DNA from: an uncultured delta proteobacterium
GTDB taxonomy: Bacteria > Myxococcota_A > Polyangia > Fen-1088
Direction: 5' to 3'
DNA: 64,000 bases
Assembly (NCBI GenBank): GCA_963737265.1
Contig: CAVTRY010000011.1
Location: 640,001-704,000, forward strand
The position numbers were made by a program, and so were the translations under genes. The notes below the pieces were generated by a model that saw only the letters and a program-made list of their open reading frames with translations, had not been told where the DNA came from and did no database searches. Positions 49,856-58,586 of the stretch are shown one piece after another (the first letter of the stretch is position 1; each line of letters opens with the position of its first letter).

Positions 49856-52290
49856 TGCGAACTTATCGCGCGGTGCTCTCCAGGGTTGTTTTTTCCATGT
49901 CGGTCGTCGGCTTCGCTGGCCTGCAAGGCTGTTTTGGCCAAGGCACCGGCCTCAAAGCCAGCGACGGCGCGGTTGCCGGGAGACAAATCGAGGGTGGCGG
50001 AGCGGGCGGAAGCGTAGGGAAGGATGGCTCGTCGGGAGACGGCCCAATTTCGTCGGGTGGCAAGATCGCGACCGATGGACCGGCGCCGACAGGCGGCAGC
50101 GCCGGCGGTGCGGGTGGTGGCGGTGGTGGCGGCGCCGGCGGCACCTCAGTCGGAGATGCACCTCTCGCGGGCTCGGGTGGTGCGGGAAGTGGAGGCGCCA
50201 CCGGCGGCGCGGGCGGAACTACCGTTGGGGCTAGCGGCGCGGGCGGAATCGTCGTCGCCGCTGGCGGCGCCGGAGGTACTTCCGTGGTGGATGCTCCGCT
50301 CGCAGCCTCGGGTGGTGCGGGAAGCGGGGGGGCCACTGGCGGCACGGGCGGCAATGGCACGGGCGGCAGCGGCACGGGCGGCAGCGGCGGCGGCGCGGGG
50401 GGCACGACGACCTTTTCCACCGGTGCCACTTGCCTGACCGATGCCCAGTGCACGCTCGGATTCTGCGTCGACGGCGTTTGCTGCAACAGCAGGTGCGCCG
50501 GACAATGCCAGGCCTGCGCCGAGACTGGTAGTGTTGGGACATGCGCGACGGTCACTTCTGGAAGCCCCCGGGGCTCTCGCACGGCCTGCAGCGGCACTGA
50601 CAAGTGCAAGGGCACCTGTGATGGTTCCAGCGCCGCGTCATGCAAGATGCCCAACAATGAGACCATCTGCAAGAACGAAATCTGCTCGGCCGATCAACAT
50701 ACGCCCCCCTCGTATTGTAATGGCAGCGGTACTTGTCCCACCCAAAATGCGTCGCCATGCGGGAGTGGCGCGTGCGCAACCGACGGAAGTGGCACATGCC
50801 TCGGCTCCTGCACGGCAACCTCCTGCCCCACCGGCCAATACTGTACCTCTACCGGCAGTTGTGCGCCGAAGAAGGGTGCCGGAGCCGGAAACACGTGCGC
50901 GACAGGGACCGAGTGTGGTTCTGGCTTCTGCGCACCAGATGGTGTTTGCTGCCAGTCGGCGTGCACCGGTCAATGCCAGACCTGCAACAACAGCACCGGG
51001 CTCTGTAGCCGAGTCGCCTCGGGCCAGCCCGTGGGAGGCCGGGGCGCGTGCAGCAACGCCGGCACGACTTGCGGGGGAACCTGCGATGGGAGCTCAGATA
51101 CCTGCCACTATCCAGGTACAGAAATAACCTGTGGAAGCCCGGCGTGCTCTTCAGACAACACTTCGACAGTTACGCCGGCCTGCGGTGGATCCGGCACATG
51201 TACCTCTTCCACGGTCGGCCCTTGCGGATCTAGCGCCTACTGCAGCGGCGGTAGCTGTGTGCCGAAAGGTAGCGGCAACTGCTCCAGCAACATCCAATGC
51301 ACGAGCGGCAATTGCTCCGCGGGCCTTTGCTGCGCAAGTGGACTTACCAATTCCAACGGAGTCTGTTGCACTTCCGGCCAGACCGGTTGCAGTGGTACCT
51401 GCTGTATGGCTCCGAACACGTGCGGCGGTGGCGGAACCGCCGGTGTGTGCGGGTGCATGCCCGATTGCGGCACTCGCGTCTGTGGTTCCGTACCCAACGG
51501 GTGTGGCTCGACTTGCGGCTCCTGCAACAATCCCCCAACGTGCTTCACCGGAACGGGCACGTGCAACACGAGCGGTCAATGCACATACACGCCGGTGACC
51601 TGCACTGCGACGCCCTGCCACAATGCCGGGTCATGTTCGGGGGGAAGCTGTCAACCAGGCAGCGCAAAGAACGCGATGCAGGACTTGAGCTGCCAATCGA
51701 CGCCGGGGAATTGGTGTTCTAATGGAACCTGCGTGCAGTGCTTGCAGAATTCGAACTGCCCGTCCACTTCCCCGACATGCACCAACCACACTTGTGGTTG
51801 TCCCGTTAAGACCGCGAGCAATGTCATAAACAATCCTGGGTTCGACGATGCGTTCTCTTGGAGCTACACGGGTAGCGCATATTGGGACAGCAACGTTGAC
51901 GCTGATGGCTGCTCCGGCTCAGGATCGGCCGGGCTGCCTGCTGCGTTGTCGGCGGGTGATGCCCCTTACCCTTATGCCGAGCAATGCATTTTTCCGGTGG
52001 AATCGAACGTGCTCTACCAGTTCGGCTACTCTCTTTACGTCAATGACCCTGCCATCCATGTTTCTTGCCTGATAGATTACTATACGGGCGCTTACTGTGC
52101 GCTCGGCACTGAAGACGGCTACTCGTACGCCGACCAGCCTTTCATGCCAGCGGTTGGATGGACACCTCACGTGTTCTGGGCGCAGTCGGGGCCTAGTTCC
52201 CGAAGCGCCAGTGTTTATTGCACTTGCACTAGCGGGTGTGGGGGTGCTCACGTGGACAAACTCTTTCTCAATCCGAATGGAACATTCTGA
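49855..52290 (+). CDS. Large Gly- and Cys-rich surface lipoprotein
   Basis: LQGC lipobox, Gly linker, repeated CVDGVCC-type motifs, C-terminal NNPGFD domain. Confidence 0.75.
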   Translation: MRTYRAVLSRVVFSMSVVGFAGLQGCFGQGTGLKASDGAVAGRQIEGGGAGGSVGKDGSSGDGPISSGGKIATDGPAPTGGSAGGAGGGGGGGAGGTSVGDAPLAGSGGAGSGGATGGAGGTTVGASGAGGIVVAAGGAGGTSVVDAPLAASGGAGSGGATGGTGGNGTGGSGTGGSGGGAGGTTTFSTGATCLTDAQCTLGFCVDGVCCNSRCAGQCQACAETGSVGTCATVTSGSPRGSRTACSGTDKCKGTCDGSSAASCKMPNNETICKNEICSADQHTPPSYCNGSGTCPTQNASPCGSGACATDGSGTCLGSCTATSCPTGQYCTSTGSCAPKKGAGAGNTCATGTECGSGFCAPDGVCCQSACTGQCQTCNNSTGLCSRVASGQPVGGRGACSNAGTTCGGTCDGSSDTCHYPGTEITCGSPACSSDNTSTVTPACGGSGTCTSSTVGPCGSSAYCSGGSCVPKGSGNCSSNIQCTSGNCSAGLCCASGLTNSNGVCCTSGQTGCSGTCCMAPNTCGGGGTAGVCGCMPDCGTRVCGSVPNGCGSTCGSCNNPPTCFTGTGTCNTSGQCTYTPVTCTATPCHNAGSCSGGSCQPGSAKNAMQDLSCQSTPGNWCSNGTCVQCLQNSNCPSTSPTCTNHTCGCPVKTASNVINNPGFDDAFSWSYTGSAYWDSNVDADGCSGSGSAGLPAALSAGDAPYPYAEQCIFPVESNVLYQFGYSLYVNDPAIHVSCLIDYYTGAYCALGTEDGYSYADQPFMPAVGWTPHVFWAQSGPSSRSASVYCTCTSGCGGAHVDKLFLNPNGTF

Positions 52291-52336
52291 GGAGCTCTCA
52301 CCTTTCGGTGCCTCTCCAATATCCCCAATATCCTGT

Positions 52337-52405
52337 CCGAGGGTCATTCTTAAGCGCAACTTTCTGCTGCCGTTTCCGAGAATCCATGCATGCCAGGTCG
52401 TGCCC
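52337..52405 (+). mobile_element. RAYT-element left-end stub
   Basis: TCCGAGGGT, then leader GCAACTTTCTGCTGCCGTTTCCGAGAATCCATGCATG, then CCAGGTCGTGCCC. Confidence 0.75.
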
Positions 52406-52554
52406 CCGAGGCTACGCGAAATCGAGATTTCCGAGCGTATCCTGTTGTCGTCAATCGGGAGATTCTCGCGTACAGAGGACATCGAACCCAGGAAATCCCC
52501 CTCCGAGGGTACTTTTCCGCGCAACTTTCTGCTGCCGTTTCCGAGAATCCATAC

Positions 52555-53127
52555 ATGACCCTCCCCCGCCAGGTCGTGCCCGGCCGTGACTACATGATTA
52601 CCCGCCGCTGTTCCGAGCGGCGCTTCTTCCTCCGTCCTGACGAAGACACCAACAACGCCTTCATCTACTGCCTGGCCTTGGCCGCCAGGCGGGCCAAGGT
52701 GGAGGTCACGTTCTCGGTGGCTCTCTCGAATCACCACCACACCGGCATCCACGACCCCGACGGCAACTTCCCAGTCTTCATCGAATACTTTCACGGTCTG
52801 CTCGCTCGCTGCCAGAACGCCCATCTTGGCCGCTTCGAAGGCTTCTGGTCATCCGAGCCGACCTCCGTCGTTCATCTGGTCGAGGCCAACGACATCCTGG
52901 AGAAGATGACTTACGCCTTCACCAATCCGACCGCCGCAGATTTGGTCGACACCGTCGAGGAATGGCCTGGCGTCACCACGTTCCAGGCCAGCATTTCGGG
53001 CGGCCACCTCACCGCGACCCGGCCGAAGCACTTCTTTCGCGACGACGGCGACTTGCCTGAAATCGCTAGTCTACCCATCGCGCGGCCTCAGCAAATCCAA
53101 TCCCCCTCCGAGGGTACTTTCAGCTGA
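52555..53127 (+). pseudogene. RAYT-like transposase, C-terminally truncated at a repeat array
   Basis: Near-identical to copy 1 up to LPIARPQ, then runs into AAATCC...CCCCTCCGAGGGTACTTT. Confidence 0.85.
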
Positions 53128-53360
53128 AAATCCCCCTCCGAGGGTACTTTCAAATCCCCCTCCCCAAATCCCCCACAAATCCCCCTCCCGAAAATCCCCA
53201 AAATCCCAAAATCCCCGTCCGAGGGTACTCTTTTCCCCAAATCCCCCTCCAAATCCCCAAATCCCCCTCCGAGGGTACTTTCAAACCTTTAGAAAATCCC
53301 CCTCTAAATCCCCGTGCGAGTAGAAAATCCCCCTCTAGATCCCCGTACGAGGATACCTTT
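53092..53360 (+). repeat. C-rich repeat array of AAATCCCC units with TCCGAGGGTACT cores
   Basis: Directly visible; a similar block occurs at 53606..53725. Confidence 0.9.
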
Positions 53361-53398
53361 TCGCGCAACTTTCTCGTGTCGTTTCCGAGAACCCATTC

Positions 53399-53605
53399 AT
53401 GACCCTCCCTCGCCAGGTCGTGCCCGGCCGTGACTAAATGATGACTCGCCGCTGTTCCGAGCGGCGCTTCTTCCTGCGCCCCGATGAAGACACCAACAAC
53501 GCCTTCATCTACTGCCTGGCCTTGGCCGCCAGGCGGGCCAAGGTGGAGGTCACGTTCTCGGTGGCTCTCTCGAACCACCACCACACCGGCATCCACGACC
53601 CCGAC
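53399..53605 (+). pseudogene. RAYT-like transposase 5' fragment with a premature TAA
   Basis: GACTAA replaces GACTAC; truncated after GIHDPD by repeats. Confidence 0.85.
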
Positions 53606-53765
53606 AAATCCCCCTCCGAGGGTACTTTCAAATCAAATCCCCCTCCGAGGGTACTTTAGAAAATCCCCCTCTAAATCCCCGTGCGAGTAGAAAATCCCCC
53701 TCTAAATCCCCGTGCGAGGATACCTTTTCGCGCAACTTTCTCGTGTCGTTTCCGAGAACCCATTC

Positions 53766-54716
53766 ATGACCCTCCCTCGCCAGGTCGTGCCCGGCCGTGA
53801 CTACATGATGACTCGCCGCTGTTCCGAGCGGCGCTTCTTCCTGCGCCCCGATGAAGACACCAACAACGCCTTCATCTACTGCCTGGCCTTGGCCGCCAGG
53901 CGGGCCAAGGTGGAGGTCACGTTCTCGGTGGCTCTCTCGAACCACCACCACACCGGCATCCACGATCCCGATGGCAACTTCCCCATCTTCATTGAACACT
54001 TTCACGGCCTGCTCGCTCGCTGCCAAAACGCCTATCTCGGCCACTTCGAAGGCTTCTGGTCATCCGAGCCAACCTCCGTGGTTCATCTGGTCGAGGCAAA
54101 CGATATCCTCGAAAAGATGACCTATGCCTTCACCAATCCGACCGCCGCGGATCTGGTCGACACCGTCGAGGAATGGCCTGGCGTGACCACGTTCCAGGCC
54201 ACCATTTCGGGCGGCCACCTCACCGCGACGCGGCCGAAGCACTTCTTTCGTGACGACGGCGATTTGCCTGAAATGGCCAGCCTACCCATCGCGCGGCCGC
54301 AGGGCTATCAGGACCTCGAGCAGGGCGAATGGGCCAGTCTCGTTACCGAACGCGTTCGCGCCGAGGAAGCAGACCACCGCCAACGGCGGGTCGCCAAGGG
54401 CATCGCCGTGCTTGGACGAGACCGAATCCTGCGGCAGAATCCTTTTCACTGTCCGCAGAGCCAGGCCCCGCGATTCCAGATGAGCCCGCGCGTGGCCGCG
54501 AAGAACAAGTGGGCGCGTATCGAGGCGCTCCGGCGCAACCGAGGCTTCATCGAGAAGTACCGGGATGCGTTCCTGGGTCACGTGGCTGGTTTGGCGAACA
54601 TCGTGTTTCCCTTCGGCACCTACTGGATGCGCAAGTTCGGCAAGGTCGCCTGCGAGGCCGCCGAAGCTGTCGAGCAAGCGATCCTGAGCCCGCCTTTGGA
54701 TCCCGCCGCCGCGTAG
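53766..54716 (+). CDS. RAYT-like HUH (Y1) transposase, second full-length copy (316 aa)
   Basis: Same motifs as 44840..45793; highly similar but not identical. Confidence 0.8.
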   Translation: MTLPRQVVPGRDYMMTRRCSERRFFLRPDEDTNNAFIYCLALAARRAKVEVTFSVALSNHHHTGIHDPDGNFPIFIEHFHGLLARCQNAYLGHFEGFWSSEPTSVVHLVEANDILEKMTYAFTNPTAADLVDTVEEWPGVTTFQATISGGHLTATRPKHFFRDDGDLPEMASLPIARPQGYQDLEQGEWASLVTERVRAEEADHRQRRVAKGIAVLGRDRILRQNPFHCPQSQAPRFQMSPRVAAKNKWARIEALRRNRGFIEKYRDAFLGHVAGLANIVFPFGTYWMRKFGKVACEAAEAVEQAILSPPLDPAAA

Positions 54717-54862
54717 CTGGTGCCTTTCGATCATGGTGCCTTTCGATCGAGGTGAAAATTGTGGCTCCACTCTCCGGCGCGATGGGAGACGCCCGCCTGC
54801 GCTCGCGCTTGCGACGTCGCAAGGCCCCTCTCTGTCTTCGGATCTTGCCGTGGGATCGCGCA

Positions 54863-55112
54863 AATCCCGGTCCGAGGGTACTTTTTTCCAAAATCCCCCT
54901 CTGGAACATTCTGAGGTGCGTGGAATCCGGTCAGGAGTTCTCGGATCCCCTCCGAGGGTACTTTTCGGATCCTCAGATCCCCTCCGAGGGGAGTTGACCC
55001 GATTTGATGGAACGGTTTCGTTACACTGCTTTCTTCACAGAGTGTCAGCTCGAATTCGATCGGGCCGTGGTAATTGAGCGCCGCGGGCCGAAAACCCCGT
55101 CCGAGGGGACTT
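54863..55112 (+). repeat. Further TCCGAGGG motif cluster
   Basis: Cores near 54871, 54951, 54983 and 55100. Confidence 0.8.
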
Positions 55113-55151
55113 TTCCTCACAACTTTCTGCTGCGTTTCCGAGAACCCATGC

Positions 55152-55345
55152 ATGACCCTCCCTCGCCAGGTCGTGCAACTACATGATTTACCCGCCGCTG
55201 TTCCGAGCGGCGCGTCTTCTTGCGTCCTGATGACGACACCAACAACGCCTTCATCTACTGCCTGGCCTTTGAGAGGGCACGGTCGTCTGGATGCGCACGT
55301 TCGGCAGAGTCGCCTGCGAGACTGCCGAGGCCGTCGAGCAAGCCA
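55152..55345 (+). pseudogene. Internally deleted RAYT-like element (MITE-like)
   Basis: 5' part (MTLPRQVV...DTNNAFIYCLA) joined to the 3' part (WMRTFGRVACETAEAVEQA). Confidence 0.8.
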
Positions 55346-55425
55346 ATCGCTGTGAGCTGCGGGTCTTCTTTGAGGGCGCGACCTCGGTGGTGGATCGAGA
55401 TAACATTTATGGTATATTGGTTACC

Positions 55426-55613
55426 GTGACTTCGACCGAAGTCATTCGACTGCTCAAGCGAGACGGTTGGGGCGAGGTGCGAGTACGAGGCTCGCATCAT
55501 CATTTCGCGCATTCAACGAAGCCGGGAATCGTTACTGTCCCCCATCCCAAGAAAGATATTCCAAGAGGTACCCTTGCAGCATTCGACGTCAGGCTGGCAT
55601 CAAGCTGAGGTGA
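55426..55613 (+). CDS. hicA: HicA-family toxin; probable frameshift near the 3' end
   Basis: EVIRLLKRDGW...RGSHHHF...VTVPHPKKDIPRGTL; tail SIRRQAGIKLR is in another frame. Confidence 0.85.
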
Positions 55614-56119
55614 TGACGATGCACTACACGGCGATTATCACAAAAGAAGGCAGGCAGACGCTGGCCGAGTTCCCCGGGTGTCCGGGCTGCCAGACATTCG
55701 CCGACGCGGGCGACGACATTGGCAAGCGGGCATCCGAGGCATTGCTCGGATGGCTGGAAGCGCATCTCGTGTCGGGCCAGGCACCACCCGAGCCCAAATC
55801 GATCAGGTCAAATGGGCGGGCTCGGACGCTGCAGGTGCCCGTTCCGGCCAAGCTCGCCGTGAAGCTGGCGCTTCGCTGGGCACGCAAGCGTGCTGGCCTG
55901 ACACAGGCCGAACTGGCCCGTCGAGCAGGTCTAAGCCAGCCCGCCGTGGCCCGCCTGGAAGACCCCGACCACAACCCCACGCTCGATTTGCTCGAACGTG
56001 TGGCCAAGGCCTTGGGCACGCGCCTTGAGGTCGGCCTTCGGGCCGCGCAAATGAGGGAATCCTGCAGTTGTCAATCGGGAGATTATCGTGGACGGAGGAG
56101 ACGAGAAGAGTCTTGCTGA
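55613..56119 (+). CDS. hicB: HicB-family antitoxin with an XRE HTH
   Basis: AEFPGCPGCQTF...ASEALLGWL; ARKRAGLTQAELARRAGLSQPAVARLE...NPTL. Confidence 0.85.
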   Translation: MTMHYTAIITKEGRQTLAEFPGCPGCQTFADAGDDIGKRASEALLGWLEAHLVSGQAPPEPKSIRSNGRARTLQVPVPAKLAVKLALRWARKRAGLTQAELARRAGLSQPAVARLEDPDHNPTLDLLERVAKALGTRLEVGLRAAQMRESCSCQSGDYRGRRRREESC

Positions 56120-56317
56120 AACTCGTGCCGGCGGCGCCACGATTTCACACGAAGACTTGATGAAGCGATACGGCCTCAAGACGGCAAATGAGCAGGCGTC
56201 GGATCCGTCAACGTTCTCCGTCTATCCGGCACCTAGCGATTTCAAAATCTTGATCGCCGGTCTCTACGACGCCTGTGCGGGGATTCGTCCACAGGGAATG
56301 CGAACCGCCTTCACGTT

Positions 56318-56536
56318 TCATCCGATGGCAACCACGGACTGGATCGCGTCAGCGGGCAAGCCTCGTTTGATGTCTTCTAAGCGGTCCTGAAAGATGAGTT
56401 GGATCGAATCGCGCAGGCTCGTCTTCGCGTCCTCGACGGTTTCGCCTTGGCCGTTGGCACCGGGGATTTCGGGGCAGGTGGACCAGTAGCCGCCCTCGGG
56501 GGCAGACTCGATGATGGCGGTGAACTCGCCTCGCAT
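56318..56536 (-). CDS. Short orphan HicB-family protein
   Basis: FTAIIE...GGYW...CPEIPGANGQGETVEDAK. Confidence 0.85.
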   Translation of the reverse strand: MRGEFTAIIESAPEGGYWSTCPEIPGANGQGETVEDAKTSLRDSIQLIFQDRLEDIKRGLPADAIQSVVAIG

Positions 56537-56720
56537 TCCTTAGATCTGCGCCACGTTGTCTCGACAGTCAACCTGGGGTGGGTTGCACGTGGGTTGCACG
56601 TGCCCGGGATTCATGAGGGGGCACACCTGGGCTTGGGTGTATGTGCCGAGTGGAAACACAACATTTGCCAGGCCAGCAAAGGTGGCGCGAAAGGCGCCAC
56701 CGACGCGCCCGACAATGCGG

Positions 56721-58559
56721 CTAGAAGAAGTCGTAGAAGTTTAAGCGGTACCGCACGTTCTGCACGACTTCATTGGCTGGCCAGCTCGCCTGCACGGGGA
56801 TGTTCGCGGCGTTCGGCGTCCCGGTCGTGACCAAGTCGGGCGGGCCGCGATCGGCATAGGTCTGTTTTAGCAGCGATCCGGTGATGCCGATGCGAACCGA
56901 CGGTGTGATGTCGACGAATAGGTTCGCGTCGTAGTAGTTCGAGTCCTTGATCACGGATTTCGCGTACGGGTTCGCGATGACGATGCCGTTCGACTGCGCG
57001 ATCGCGGAGCCGCCAACCGCGTCGACGATGTTGTTGGAATCGGCGTGGGTGTAGTTGCCTGCAAGCCAAACGCGGCCGCCGGGCAGGTAATACTGGAGCC
57101 CGACCATCCACGTGCGCAGATTGATGGTGTGCGCGAGCCCGTTGCCGCTGTAGTCGAAAAGAATCAAACCCGGGTCGATGTTGGCTGGCGGAAAGCTCGT
57201 CTGCGGCAGCGCCACCGCCGCGACGCCGAGTGTGGGATCCGGCGGCGAGACCGCGTTCGTGCCGGGCACGGGCGGGTAACGGACGGCGCCGAGCCCCATC
57301 GTCATGCCGCCCATGAGATCCTGATACGCTGTACCAGTGGTAAACGATCCGGTCACCGTCAGCTTGTTGCCGCGATCGTAGGAGCTCCTCGCAGGGATGA
57401 TCGGAATGAACGCGTCGACCGAAACGGCCCATCCGTTCTCTTGGTCGTACTGGACGGGAACCGCTTGGGTGTAGTCGACTTTGAAATGGCGGAGCGTGCC
57501 CGAGACACCGATGGCCAGCGGGTCGGCGGCGGTGCCCAGACTGCCAGGCGTGTGCAGGCCCTTCCATGAGTTGAGCTTCAGCATGACCCCCCCCTCGATG
57601 GACGGGATCTCGGCGTCCCGCTGCGGGGGCCGCACCGCCGCAAGGACGATGTCGAGACCGAGCGGCCCCACCTCCAGGTTCTCGTACAGCCGCACTTGTG
57701 GATTGCGGGTGAACGCCTGGTTCGGCATCGGGAACAGCTCGCTGGTCGCCGGGAAGAAGTAGTTCTGAAACCCGAACACGTCGTACGTCTGACCGGCGAG
57801 CAGGTTGACGTACGGCGTTTCGAGCTTGAAGTACGCATGCCGCATGTGCAGCGTCCCGGACGCGAGCAGGTTGTTCTCGCTCAGCGGGGCCGGCAGCTGC
57901 GTGGACGAGTACGTGCCATTGGGCGGTTGATTTCCGAAGAAATCGAACTCGATCAAGGCGCTCGATTTCATTCGGTCGACGGGCGGCGCGCTGACTTTCA
58001 GGCCGAAGCGGCTGTTGCGCGCGCTTTCCGTCGTACGTCCGTTGACGCCCGCGGGATTCGGAGCGGTGAGCTGGCGTACCCCGGTGGGGTCGGTCGGGTC
58101 CGCGTAGGTCTGTGGCAGCTGCGCCGCGCCCGGCGAAAGCAGCTCCTTGCGTGGGATGACGCCGTTGCCGAGCCCTTCGTTAAACCCGCGTGTCGAATCG
58201 TGAATGACGTCGAGCTCGACGAAACCGTAGAATTGCAGCGTCCAGCGCGTCTTGCCGCTGCCGAGCCCGAGCTCGAGGGGCGGAACGTAGAACCACGACG
58301 GCTCGCCCGGTGGCAGCGGCGCTCGCCACGCGCCCCGGGGTAGCAGAACAGTCTCTGCGTCGGGATCGGGCAGCGCGGGCTCAGCGCCGGAGGGATTCAA
58401 AGCCGGCGTGGTCGCGGACGATTTGGGCTCCACGCTTGGAGCTGAGCTCGCCGTCGGTGTGCCGCTTGGATCGTCCGCTTCTTTCGCGTGTGCGGACGAC
58501 GCGGCAAGTGCGCCGCAGAGCAAAATGGTCATGGCGTACATCTGCATCGGTCTCGGCAT
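56721..58559 (-). CDS. Outer-membrane porin-like protein
   Basis: Signal peptide, FYGFVELD, NSRFGLK, IEFDFFG, MRHAY, C-terminal YDFF. Confidence 0.7.
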   Translation of the reverse strand: MPRPMQMYAMTILLCGALAASSAHAKEADDPSGTPTASSAPSVEPKSSATTPALNPSGAEPALPDPDAETVLLPRGAWRAPLPPGEPSWFYVPPLELGLGSGKTRWTLQFYGFVELDVIHDSTRGFNEGLGNGVIPRKELLSPGAAQLPQTYADPTDPTGVRQLTAPNPAGVNGRTTESARNSRFGLKVSAPPVDRMKSSALIEFDFFGNQPPNGTYSSTQLPAPLSENNLLASGTLHMRHAYFKLETPYVNLLAGQTYDVFGFQNYFFPATSELFPMPNQAFTRNPQVRLYENLEVGPLGLDIVLAAVRPPQRDAEIPSIEGGVMLKLNSWKGLHTPGSLGTAADPLAIGVSGTLRHFKVDYTQAVPVQYDQENGWAVSVDAFIPIIPARSSYDRGNKLTVTGSFTTGTAYQDLMGGMTMGLGAVRYPPVPGTNAVSPPDPTLGVAAVALPQTSFPPANIDPGLILFDYSGNGLAHTINLRTWMVGLQYYLPGGRVWLAGNYTHADSNNIVDAVGGSAIAQSNGIVIANPYAKSVIKDSNYYDANLFVDITPSVRIGITGSLLKQTYADRGPPDLVTTGTPNAANIPVQASWPANEVVQNVRYRLNFYDFF

Positions 58560-58586
58560 ATTCCTCCGGATTTCTTCTGGTCTGGG

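Noticed and set aside
56574-56602. Short tandem GTGGGTTGCAC duplication
   Set aside because: Only two copies with no supporting context, so no function can be assigned.
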